Virus record (IMG/VR): IMGVR_UViG_3300027804_000039
Coordinates: 96,001-160,000 of that record
Reading direction: 5' to 3' (one strand)
From: a virus
Length of the DNA: 64,000 nt
Each line of letters opens with the position of its first letter. The first letter of the stretch is position 1. The notes below the pieces were generated by a model. It was given only the letters and a program-made list of their open reading frames with translations. It had not been told where the DNA came from and made no database searches. Below, in pieces: positions 55,468 through 64,000 of the stretch. A program made the translations under genes and the position numbers.

Positions 55468-56086
55468 CTTTAGGCCTTAGTACAGCATCAAATGCCATCA
55501 CAGTTCTATGTCCAACACCTTTCCACGGATATACTGTATGTGGAAGATGACTTGGGAATAATATCACAGCACCTTGTTGCGGTGTAAATTTCCAAGTATC
55601 GTTCATTATAAACTTTGTAATGTCCTTTGACTGCGACATTCTAAATAAAACTTGCCCATCACTAGGAAGACTGCCTGCTTCTAACTCAGGAACTTGAATG
55701 TACATATTCCCACTTAGGTTTCCAGCAGGATGACTGTGCATCTCTTGATACTGCCCCGGCCCTTGACGTATGGTCCATATACTATTAACTACAGGTTTAC
55801 AATGTTTAAGTTCAGGTGCACCACTTTGTGCAGTAACTAACTCCATATAGCCCACACATAGCTCTTCAAGATATTTTACTAGCCAAGATACATCTAATCC
55901 AAGTTCGTTTGGATAAACTTGAATTTGCTGGCCTCCTCTAATGCTAATTGTTGGATTACCAGAGTCATTAAGTTCAGGATGGCTGTGTAATGTTTCTGCT
56001 AGATTATAAATCTGGCTAAATGTACCTGGCGGAATTTCATCTATAGCCATAATTGTTGGAGCAAAATACGCAACTTTTAAACTCAT
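55460..56086 (-). CDS. 2OG-Fe(II) oxygenase
   Basis: HSH, LSGNMYIQVP, LFPSHLPH, R.VMAFD; likely start MSLKV. Confidence 0.8.
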   Translation of the reverse strand: MSLKVAYFAPTIMAIDEIPPGTFSQIYNLAETLHSHPELNDSGNPTISIRGGQQIQVYPNELGLDVSWLVKYLEELCVGYMELVTAQSGAPELKHCKPVVNSIWTIRQGPGQYQEMHSHPAGNLSGNMYIQVPELEAGSLPSDGQVLFRMSQSKDITKFIMNDTWKFTPQQGAVILFPSHLPHTVYPWKGVGHRTVMAFDAVLRPKDE

Positions 56087-56331
56087 TCTAATCTTTCCTT
56101 GCTCAATTTGTATAACATTATAACACGATCCACCGCCTTTTGTAAAGTAGGATTGGACTCTGCTTCTCTCAAAACTTGTCCCCAAAATTTAGCATTATAA
56201 TGATTGGCGTCGTCTTTATAATCCCAACCTATTGGAAAACGAGTACTAGGATCCGAACCAAGTTCTCTGCAATAGGTTATACCGTCGGCTTTTTCATAGA
56301 TATAAGTAGCACCTGGTTTAAGACTTCCCAT
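56083..56331 (-). CDS. hypothetical protein
   Basis: 82 aa coupled ORF. Confidence 0.7.
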   Translation of the reverse strand: MGSLKPGATYIYEKADGITYCRELGSDPSTRFPIGWDYKDDANHYNAKFWGQVLREAESNPTLQKAVDRVIMLYKLSKERLE

Positions 56332-56458
56332 CTTTTTTCTCCTGTACTATGCCGTATTGTTTGTATATCCAATGTATGAATTTTTCAATTTCAACGCTAG
56401 GATACGGATATGCTCTATATGCTATAACAATTCTTTCTAACCAATCTTTATCAATCAT
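56318..56458 (-). CDS. 46 aa hypothetical protein
   Basis: Hand-translated MIDKDWLERIVIAY... Confidence 0.55.
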   Translation of the reverse strand: MIDKDWLERIVIAYRAYPYPSVEIEKFIHWIYKQYGIVQEKKDGKS

Positions 56459-56961
56459 AATATCTTATCTAACTGAATAATTTCGCTTTGTCTGCTAATC
56501 TCTTTGACAAAGTAAGCACAATCTGGTTTGTCTCTAAATCTAGTTGGGACGGCCAACAGTTGCCCGTTTTTCATTTTAGGAAAGTACCATTTTACGTCGT
56601 TATAAAAGTTTACAATCTCAATCTTTTTAAATTCTAACCTAAAACTACTGAGCGGATTGAAAATCATAGCTTCAAATCCTCTGTCGTTTAAACTAGTTAA
56701 TGGCAAAATTTCTATATCATTGCTACTGCTACTATCACCAACTGCAATACTCCAATCTATCGGCATAGTAACTTCATCTTCTCCGATACGTAGTACCATT
56801 GCTGGGCTATTAAAACTTTCTAAAAATATTAACGGCATAAAGAAAAAATCTGGCTCACTTGGTGTGCTGTTATCTAATACAGCAAACCTCGTGCTGTCGT
56901 CTACTTCATCCGGTAAATTGTTTAAACTAAATGTTTGGTTATCTAATGTTAATATCTGCAT
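56455..56961 (-). CDS. hypothetical protein
   Basis: Likely start MQILTLD at 56961. Confidence 0.7.
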   Translation of the reverse strand: MQILTLDNQTFSLNNLPDEVDDSTRFAVLDNSTPSEPDFFFMPLIFLESFNSPAMVLRIGEDEVTMPIDWSIAVGDSSSSNDIEILPLTSLNDRGFEAMIFNPLSSFRLEFKKIEIVNFYNDVKWYFPKMKNGQLLAVPTRFRDKPDCAYFVKEISRQSEIIQLDKIL

Positions 56962-56966
56962 AATCC

Positions 56967-58436
56967 TTATTTTTGCCAGTCCGTCTTCTCCAAAGTAAAC
57001 GGATACTTGGCTTCCTTGTAAAATTTCTTCCTTGCGGTAAGGTGGCGCTTGGCGTATTTGCAGGTACTTGTAATGTCCCATATTTGGACAAAGTCTTTGT
57101 CTTCGGCTTTCCTAATGCCTCGTCCAATACTTTGTATAACGCGGACAAAGCTCTTTCCGGGTTCAAGAAGAACCAAATTAAAAATCCTTGGAATATTAAT
57201 ACCCACAGCGGCCACACCGTAAGTCGCCACAGTAATCTTGTTATCTGAAATCGCATGTTCTTTGTATTCCTCTTTTCTGTCTTTGCCTTTGACTTCGCCT
57301 GATATAAATGCAGCACCAGGTATTAGTTCTGTTAAAAATTTGCCTGTATCAATTCTGTTTACTAACACAAGTGTGTTGCCTGACTCGGATATGCCTTCTA
57401 TTAATTTACTAATGTATGTTACTCTATCTTTATTAGTGACAAGATACTTTAATTCTTCTGCGTATGACTTGAATTCTGGTAAGTCTATCATTTGCACTAC
57501 GTTTACATGGCAGGCAGATAATATTCCCATCTCTTGCAGCTCGTGTGCTTTAATTCCGCCAACAACTGGTCCAATACTTGCAAATATAGGAGCAGATTCA
57601 AAGTCATCTTTAGGAACAGTCCCAGTTAATCCCCATCGTATAGGTGTACCTGAGAAATTATGTGTAAGCAAATTCTTAAGAACATCTGCTTTAGCCATAT
57701 GTACTTCGTCAACTATAACTGTTTGAACACCGTGTAAAAATTCTGCTAAAGATAGCGCCTCTTCCAAGTCCCAGTTCTTAGATTTCTTGTCTAGAACGTT
57801 TAACGACTGCCATGTACAAATTGTATGTGTATGGCCGATCATTTTACGATCACCAAAGTAAACGCCAACATCTAAACCAACATTAACAAAGTCTTCTTCT
57901 GTTTGTGTTACAAGGTCTTTGTTAGGAACAATAGTAACAGTGCGTCCATATTTCTCAGCACAATGAGCAAGTGTAGCAGTCATAATTGTTTTACCAGCGC
58001 CTGTTGCTACTTCTTGCAATGATTGAGTATTAACAAAGAATCGGTTTACAATTTCGACTTGATCATCGCGTAGTGTAATAGGTTGGCCTTCAAATCGGTG
58101 ACCTTGCGGCCACACTTTTCCCATATCTGCCCAATAATTATTTGTGATAGGTTGAAACTCAATTTTTCCCGAAGTACGTAAATCTTCTAACTCGTCGATT
58201 TCAATACCCATGTTTCCAAGTACTTCAAAACACTTTTCTAACTGGTTCAAATAACCGTTGCCGCCTAACCCAAACAAACTTACACTACCGTCCCAACGCC
58301 CTAGTTTGTAAGCAGGGCGATATCGAGCTGTTGGATCTTCATACTTAAAAGTTGAGACAAGTTTTTTTCGAGCATCTAACGAAAGATTCTCAAATTTAAT
58401 GTTTACTTCATCTCGAATTACTAATTTTACTCCCAT
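56967..58436 (-). CDS. uvsW: UvsW-like SF2 helicase
   Basis: ATGAGKT, IVDEVH, GLTGT, VGINIP, QSIGRGIR. Confidence 0.9.
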   Translation of the reverse strand: MGVKLVIRDEVNIKFENLSLDARKKLVSTFKYEDPTARYRPAYKLGRWDGSVSLFGLGGNGYLNQLEKCFEVLGNMGIEIDELEDLRTSGKIEFQPITNNYWADMGKVWPQGHRFEGQPITLRDDQVEIVNRFFVNTQSLQEVATGAGKTIMTATLAHCAEKYGRTVTIVPNKDLVTQTEEDFVNVGLDVGVYFGDRKMIGHTHTICTWQSLNVLDKKSKNWDLEEALSLAEFLHGVQTVIVDEVHMAKADVLKNLLTHNFSGTPIRWGLTGTVPKDDFESAPIFASIGPVVGGIKAHELQEMGILSACHVNVVQMIDLPEFKSYAEELKYLVTNKDRVTYISKLIEGISESGNTLVLVNRIDTGKFLTELIPGAAFISGEVKGKDRKEEYKEHAISDNKITVATYGVAAVGINIPRIFNLVLLEPGKSFVRVIQSIGRGIRKAEDKDFVQIWDITSTCKYAKRHLTARKKFYKEAKYPFTLEKTDWQK

Positions 58437-59614
58437 AACACCCTGTTCTCAATGATTGGTTCTTGTTCTGTATAAGAAATAATTAAGTCACAGCAATTTG
58501 CATACGCCGCTGTTTTAGTTTGTTTGAGCGGAGAACCTATACTAATTACACTCATGGGCTTCCATTCGTTTTTTAGGAAAAATTTTGGTATTTTTCCGTT
58601 CTGCACACCAACTATTTGCGTTGTTTCGTCTAGTTGTGAATTATATTTTTTTTCTGCAATCAGTTTATTAAAATTTGAACCGTGCTCGTCGTTGTTAAGT
58701 CTAAAGTAGATTCCGACATTTTCTAAAATTTCATTTTTTTCCAGATTTTTGCTGAGATTTACCAGATCTTCATAACATCTACGATTGTCGTTGTGGTCAA
58801 AAATTACTAGTGTTGGCAGTCGATTTAATTCTTTCAAAGATTTGAAAATTTCTTCTAATGAATAGGTTGAGCGGTTGACCCAAATTTTTGTATTTTTTCT
58901 ATAGGCCAGTTTTTTTGTCAAATTTTCGGTATTTTTTTCAGTTTTTTTGTCATCACTTAATGAGTAGTGATAACGCATACTTCGGTCAACGATGATGTCG
59001 TCTGACACCGGTGTGTCAAGACCTAAATCTTGTGTTATTGCTTTTTGAAAATTTGCATGGCTGATATTTTCTAGTAAAAATTGACCTCGAATTTCGCTTT
59101 CTGACCATGATTTTATGGTTTTGTAAAAATCTATGATTTTTTCTTCGATATCAAATTCATATGGGGTAAAGGTCTCGACTAATAGGACAATATTTTTTTC
59201 AGTTAGTTCAATATTGTAAATTTTACCGCCCGAGTCTTGCGAAATATTTCCAAGATTTTTCCAAATTCCTTGGAGAACTTTACGTAATGATGTTGAAAAT
59301 GCAAATTCGACAATAATTTCAGAATTAGCTGATGACAAATATATTTTTTTAGTTCTGTCCAACGGTCTAAAAACTCTAGACCACGAAGGCGACAATAACG
59401 ATGATAAAACTTCATCATTGAGATCACCAAAATTTTTGGAATTTTCACCTAAAATCTTTGATAATAGTTTTCCTTGATTTTCTGTGATAAAATTTTGTGA
59501 TGCCACGAGCTTTCCTAAATTTTTAAGAATTTTCATTTCTCGTGTAGGTATACTTGCCAACGTTTCGTGAGGCAAATTTAAAATTTTAAGTAAAATTCTA
59601 TCTATTTGTGTCAT
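58427..59614 (-). CDS. hypothetical protein
   Basis: 395 aa; TTGACT-17-TATTAT (59649-59621) 6 nt upstream. Confidence 0.75.
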   Translation of the reverse strand: MTQIDRILLKILNLPHETLASIPTREMKILKNLGKLVASQNFITENQGKLLSKILGENSKNFGDLNDEVLSSLLSPSWSRVFRPLDRTKKIYLSSANSEIIVEFAFSTSLRKVLQGIWKNLGNISQDSGGKIYNIELTEKNIVLLVETFTPYEFDIEEKIIDFYKTIKSWSESEIRGQFLLENISHANFQKAITQDLGLDTPVSDDIIVDRSMRYHYSLSDDKKTEKNTENLTKKLAYRKNTKIWVNRSTYSLEEIFKSLKELNRLPTLVIFDHNDNRRCYEDLVNLSKNLEKNEILENVGIYFRLNNDEHGSNFNKLIAEKKYNSQLDETTQIVGVQNGKIPKFFLKNEWKPMSVISIGSPLKQTKTAAYANCCDLIISYTEQEPIIENRVLWE

Positions 59615-59714
59615 ACTACTATAATAAACAAGTTGTTAACAAAAGTCAATACCTGCAGAAAAAAATAGGCCTATAAATATTTAAGGCCTATGGAGGGGTT
59701 TTTGGACAAATTAG

Positions 59715-60170
59715 TTATAGCGATGCATCTTCCATACCAGCAACACGTAATTTAACAATATTTGTTATTTGCCATTGTTTTTGGTCTAATGCCTTTGTGA
59801 TGCCTAACCATTTATTGCGTAAGAGAGCAAACTCGTTGATGATTTTTTCAAAGTCAACTACATCTGCTTCCCCTTCCACAAATTTTTCACAATCTCGACT
59901 ACTAAGAGCACGTTGGTAATTTTCTAAATACTTACGAAAGTGCTGACTTTTTAATCTTCTAAGCTCGATATTCAAATATTCCAAAATTGCTTCAATTTCT
60001 TGAAGCTGACTAAATCGTTGTTCCACGATGCCTGGCATTCCAGCCGCGGCTCTTTCAATATTTCCCGTTATACGGCATTCAACTTTTGCGGCTTCCAATT
60101 CTGCCTTATAGAATTCCACAGCATCGGGGATATTCGATATGTCTTTTGAAATTTTTGCGTACCAACCCAT
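59715..60170 (-). CDS. uvsY: recombination mediator UvsY
   Basis: ALSSRD.EKFVEGE...QWQITNIVKLR; lies between uvsX and uvsW. Confidence 0.8.
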   Translation of the reverse strand: MGWYAKISKDISNIPDAVEFYKAELEAAKVECRITGNIERAAAGMPGIVEQRFSQLQEIEAILEYLNIELRRLKSQHFRKYLENYQRALSSRDCEKFVEGEADVVDFEKIINEFALLRNKWLGITKALDQKQWQITNIVKLRVAGMEDASL

Positions 60171-60412
60171 TAAAAATCCAATTCTTTGTAGTCGTCGTCT
60201 TCTTGGTCTTCTTCGTCTAGGTAGTATTCAATAGCTTGATCTAGCGTATGGTCTACACCCATTGCACCTTGTAGTGTTCTATCACCGACACCATAGTCTG
60301 CAAGCAGATCGATGTATCTTTCGGCTGCAACTTCTAATTGTTTTTTATCAATGTAGTCGGCGAACACTAACCAGATGTCACCAATTTGGCTTTCATTCAA
60401 CATGCTCTTCAT
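60170..60412 (-). CDS. small acidic protein
   Basis: 80 aa coupled ORF. Confidence 0.7.
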   Translation of the reverse strand: MKSMLNESQIGDIWLVFADYIDKKQLEVAAERYIDLLADYGVGDRTLQGAMGVDHTLDQAIEYYLDEEDQEDDDYKELDF

Positions 60413-61457
60413 TCTCCTCGGGAACAGTAGTTGTTTTAGTAGGGCTGATATGGAATTTTTCCATTATCATATCTAATTTATCATCTTTCCATTCTTTTCG
60501 GTAGAATTTGAACTCTTCTCCAGTTTCTGGGTCAACCCATTTAAGTCTGTTGCCTTCTTGCTTGAGCAAACCTTCTTTTTCAAACAAGTCAACAACACCA
60601 CTATAGGGATTCATACCTGTTTCATAAGGAATCTTGACCTGCACACCTTCAAAAGGTTTAGCATATCGTGTTTTCATAATTTTACAAGCAGCACGAATAC
60701 CGTTTACTTCTGAAACCTTGTTGCCGTCTTCGTCTTCTTTAAGTTTTAACTTCTTCATGGCAACCACAATAGAACTTGCGTAAATGAAGCCTTGTCCGCC
60801 TGAAATTTTATCGTCAGGATCGAACATATCTTGCGATGCGTATGTATGATTAGTTGCAACAAGTCCAATATTTAAACTCCCAAACATGTTTACACAATTA
60901 CGAACAAGTGCTGTCAGTGCTTTAGGCTTACGGCCCATGTCACCTTTCAAATCACCTGCTTCAAACTGATTAACGTCAGTTGGTGTTAGCAACATGCCCA
61001 GACTATCAACCACAAAAAGTACTTTTGGTCTAGTTTCTTCCGGCATTTCTTTATATTCTTTGATGAATTCGTTGATAGTTTTAGCAACGTCGTCGATCAT
61101 AGCCATATTAAGTTTTAACAACTTGTCTTCGCTAGTATCTACACCAAGTGCGTGTAACCATGCTTCGTCCAAAGCATTTTCGCTGTCGATTAGTACAACA
61201 TAAATGCCTTGTGCTTGAGCATTTTTGACAATATTGCCTGAGCAAATATAAGACTTGCCTGCGCCAGACTCACCAGCAAACACAGTAACCTTGCCTAGTG
61301 GAATTCCGCGATGAAAGTCACCACTGATGAGATAGTTAAGGGCGTAATTCCCTGTACTGACCCAATCTGTTGGATCAGTAAAGCCAACACTTAGTCCGTC
61401 AATAGACTTAGTCAGCGTTTTTCTAAATTTTGATAAATCGAATGCTTTAGTGGCCAT
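60393..61457 (-). CDS. uvsX: RecA-like recombinase UvsX
   Basis: AGESGAGKS, IDSENA, VVDSLG, NHTY, GGQG; likely start MATKAF. Confidence 0.92.
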   Translation of the reverse strand: MATKAFDLSKFRKTLTKSIDGLSVGFTDPTDWVSTGNYALNYLISGDFHRGIPLGKVTVFAGESGAGKSYICSGNIVKNAQAQGIYVVLIDSENALDEAWLHALGVDTSEDKLLKLNMAMIDDVAKTINEFIKEYKEMPEETRPKVLFVVDSLGMLLTPTDVNQFEAGDLKGDMGRKPKALTALVRNCVNMFGSLNIGLVATNHTYASQDMFDPDDKISGGQGFIYASSIVVAMKKLKLKEDEDGNKVSEVNGIRAACKIMKTRYAKPFEGVQVKIPYETGMNPYSGVVDLFEKEGLLKQEGNRLKWVDPETGEEFKFYRKEWKDDKLDMIMEKFHISPTKTTTVPEENEEHVE

Positions 61458-61459
61458 AA

Positions 61460-61651
61460 TTATTGATCCAATGGTAATGAATTCCACTCTTTAATTAGAG
61501 CGATTACTTCTTCTTCTGAATTACAAAGAGTCTTGGTGTTAGTCCAATCTTCTTTTTTATTGCGTCCACCAATTTCAACCATCCAACCGTTATCATAACG
61601 ATTGATGCTGATGTTTTCGTTTACCTTAGCTAATTTTGCTAATTTACTCAT
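61460..61651 (-). CDS. hypothetical protein
   Basis: Likely start MSKLAK; AGGAGAA RBS. Confidence 0.7.
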   Translation of the reverse strand: MSKLAKLAKVNENISINRYDNGWMVEIGGRNKKEDWTNTKTLCNSEEEVIALIKEWNSLPLDQ

Positions 61652-61719
61652 AATCATTCTCCTAATAGATGTGAGAGCACGGGCGTACAACTAAGTTGCA
61701 GAGGCCCACGCCGTGTTTA

Positions 61720-62700
61720 TTACTTCTGACGGTTACGAATCATTGCCAAGATGTCTTGGGCACGTGAATCGCCGCTACTTGCAGGTGCTTCTGTTTTTGT
61801 TTCAGTTGCTGATGCAGGTACTGCCTTTGCTACTGGAGCAGGCTCGTCGTCATAGTTGTCGTCTGCTGGTGCAGATGCTTTAGGAGTTGATTTTACAGGA
61901 TCGCCAGTTGCTTGGCCCATGCCTGCTGGTTTGAAATACTGACCCCAACGTTCCATGTCAAATGGTTCTCCATCAACAGACGCTTCAAACATTTCCTTCA
62001 TAACCTTAACTTCAATTTCAGTTGGTTTCTTAGGTAGGAAATCTGTTAGATTGAACAAGCCATGTGCTTTGATAGCAGCTTGCTCGTCGTCACCTAGTGG
62101 GCGTTCACGGCGGGCCCATGAACTTGTTGAGTAGTCAGCGTAGCCTCCCTTGCTACCTTTCTTCATACGGAAATCTAGTCCGTGTACAAAGTCAGTTGGC
62201 AAGTCTTCCAACTCTGGATCTACAAGAGCAGAACGAATTAGTTGGAAAATTTGAGGTCCGATAATAAATCGGCGAATTGGGTTTTCAGGTTTTTGTTCTT
62301 CCTTCAAACCGTCTTCAGCAACAAAACCTTGGAAAATGTAAGAACGCTTTTTCCAATACTTACGACCCATGTCCTCAAGTGCTGGATCTTTAAACCAACC
62401 GCGAACCTCAGTTAGAATGGGGCAAGATTCCCCATACATTTCCATGCATGGTACTTGTACGATTGTTTGTTTGGATTCTGCTTCACCTTTGATTCCGGCG
62501 AATGGCAATTTAATCATTGCACGTTCAACCCAGAAAAAAGTGTTGTCTTGATTACCGTCGGGTAAGAAACGAAGTACGGATTCACCGCCTTCTTTTAGGT
62601 TCCAGAACGGGTAAATTGAATTATCACCGCCTGTACGTTCTCCTGAACCTTTTTGTTCAGATGCCTTAAGTTTTGCTCTAATTTCAGCCAAAGTTGCCAT
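61720..62700 (-). CDS. gp32: single-stranded DNA-binding protein
   Basis: LRFLP, CPI, YWKKRSY, IGPQIF, GYADY.TS, acidic linker; AAAGGAGA RBS. Confidence 0.88.
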   Translation of the reverse strand: MATLAEIRAKLKASEQKGSGERTGGDNSIYPFWNLKEGGESVLRFLPDGNQDNTFFWVERAMIKLPFAGIKGEAESKQTIVQVPCMEMYGESCPILTEVRGWFKDPALEDMGRKYWKKRSYIFQGFVAEDGLKEEQKPENPIRRFIIGPQIFQLIRSALVDPELEDLPTDFVHGLDFRMKKGSKGGYADYSTSSWARRERPLGDDEQAAIKAHGLFNLTDFLPKKPTEIEVKVMKEMFEASVDGEPFDMERWGQYFKPAGMGQATGDPVKSTPKASAPADDNYDDEPAPVAKAVPASATETKTEAPASSGDSRAQDILAMIRNRQK

Positions 62701-62762
62701 AATATTTCTCCTTTAATATGCCTTTGTTTTTGCCTTATATTGTTTGATAACTTTACCAAACA

Positions 62763-62794
62763 AAAAACGCATACATATTATTGTATGCGTTTTT
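62763..62794. terminator. 13-bp perfect inverted repeat upstream of gp32
   Basis: AAAAACGCATACA / TGTATGCGTTTTT. Confidence 0.65.
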
Positions 62795-62821
62795 ATTTAG
62801 CAAAGCAAGAGTTTTCTTGCT

Positions 62822-63649
62822 CTAAATGTGGAATTTTTCACCAAAAAGATTTGTAGAAAGTCCTTTTTTATTCAGCCAACTAGATACAAATAATTGGTTT
62901 TCATAATCATAGTTGTATATCAATGAACGGTGTAAGCCGGCTACTTTTACATGCTCTTTATCAAAGAAGTGCGGCAGTAGCTGATCTGCCTTCATATTAA
63001 AATCTTTAGACAGCATGTAGAATTTTGATTTTTTTTCAAATTGAGTTGGAAATTTATCCAGCTTATGTAATAGCATGGAATAAAGAAGGAACTCGCTTTC
63101 AATCACTGTTTGATCGGCAAAGTCTTCCAAAAACTTTTGATAATCTGTGATTGTTTCTAACACACTTTTATGAAAAACAAAGGGTGTTAAAATTGATAAA
63201 TGTTGGAATGTTACGGGTATATCGAAGTATTTTGCATACTCTACGATGGTATTGCGCCAGTTATTGTCGTCAGTGAAATTGGCACTTGTTCCGTTTCCTA
63301 CTACAAGATCCCATTCATTTATATCAGTTTTTTTGATAAAAAAGTTCTTAGAATCTAAAGTTAAATAATCGTCTTTTATATACCTAAAAGCATCTAATTT
63401 GTAGTATTGTTGTCTTGACCAACCACCTTTGCTATTATAAACTGATGGTATAATGTCAGCTCCGTTTACAACTTTCAAAGTATGATTCGAATAGTAAGGA
63501 GATAACAAAGAATACCACTCGTCCACAGAAACAGCCGTGTCATCAACAACAACCCAATGCGTACAAGGACTAAGAAATTTTTGTATGCTTTCTGCCTGCA
63601 ATAACATTTGTAACTTGTCGTGACTACAAGTTATTGTAAGTAGATCCAT
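62822..63649 (-). CDS. glycosyltransferase-like protein (GT-A-like)
   Basis: GW..QQ..KL.A, YLTLDSKNFF, TPF. Confidence 0.55.
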   Translation of the reverse strand: MDLLTITCSHDKLQMLLQAESIQKFLSPCTHWVVVDDTAVSVDEWYSLLSPYYSNHTLKVVNGADIIPSVYNSKGGWSRQQYYKLDAFRYIKDDYLTLDSKNFFIKKTDINEWDLVVGNGTSANFTDDNNWRNTIVEYAKYFDIPVTFQHLSILTPFVFHKSVLETITDYQKFLEDFADQTVIESEFLLYSMLLHKLDKFPTQFEKKSKFYMLSKDFNMKADQLLPHFFDKEHVKVAGLHRSLIYNYDYENQLFVSSWLNKKGLSTNLFGEKFHI

Positions 63650-63652
63650 AAG

Positions 63653-64000
63653 TTATCTGTGATGTACTAAACTAACCAAACGTTGTACTTCGTCATAGCC
63701 TGTTGATTCGTGGAACGCTGGAGCCATAGATTGAACTTGAGTTTCTAAAGCGCCAATATCGTGCGATGGTCCAGCATGTCTAGTAGTAACGTCTGGTGTG
63801 CTTGATCCGCTAGGATCTTTCATATCAATGAATTTTAACACCTTAATTAAATCTTCTTCTGTTGCGCCTTCAAACATTCCGTCTTCAAATGCTTTCTTCA
63901 ATTTAATTTTGATACGCATTCCACCTAAAGGAAAGTTTCCAGTTTCTTTATTGTAAAAACCACTGACAAATTTTAGCATACCTTCTAAGCCGCCTTCAAC
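63653..64000 (-). CDS. C-terminal part of a protein starting beyond the window
   Basis: Frame stays open to the right edge. Confidence 0.65.
   Translation of the reverse strand, partial: VEGGLEGMLKFVSGFYNKETGNFPLGGMRIKIKLKKAFEDGMFEGATEEDLIKVLKFIDMKDPSGSSTPDVTTRHAGPSHDIGALETQVQSMAPAFHESTGYDEVQRLVSLVHHR

Noticed and set aside
56455-56961. Possible Hint-like domain
   Set aside because: Only a vague beta-rich impression; no N-terminal Cys/Ser or terminal His-Asn.

Overview
The whole window is part of a large T4-like (myovirus-type) phage genome; no host chromosome is evident. It has four blocks. (1) 1-21 kb, mostly minus strand: late, virion and accessory genes with TAAATA late-type promoters, including hemA, rfaD, yqgE, ybaN, a phasin-like module, nucleases, peptidases and a methyltransferase. 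(2) 21-31.7 kb, minus strand: small genes, including a tandem family of Trp-rich paralogs. (3) 33.7-44 kb, plus strand and visibly more GC-rich: an early island of short genes behind 17 near-consensus sigma70 promoters, a shared GGAGCG ribosome-binding tag and two tRNAs. (4) 45-64 kb, minus strand: replication and recombination core (gp41, gp61, UvsW/Y/X, gp32, a mini-DnaE, a carbamoyltransferase). The most striking observation is three stem-loops in early-island 3' regions whose loops (TTCGCTC[C]) are the exact antisense of the early-gene RBS tag GGAGCGAA, suggesting an RNA-based early-gene shut-off. All product calls come from motif recognition by eye; no database searches were run.
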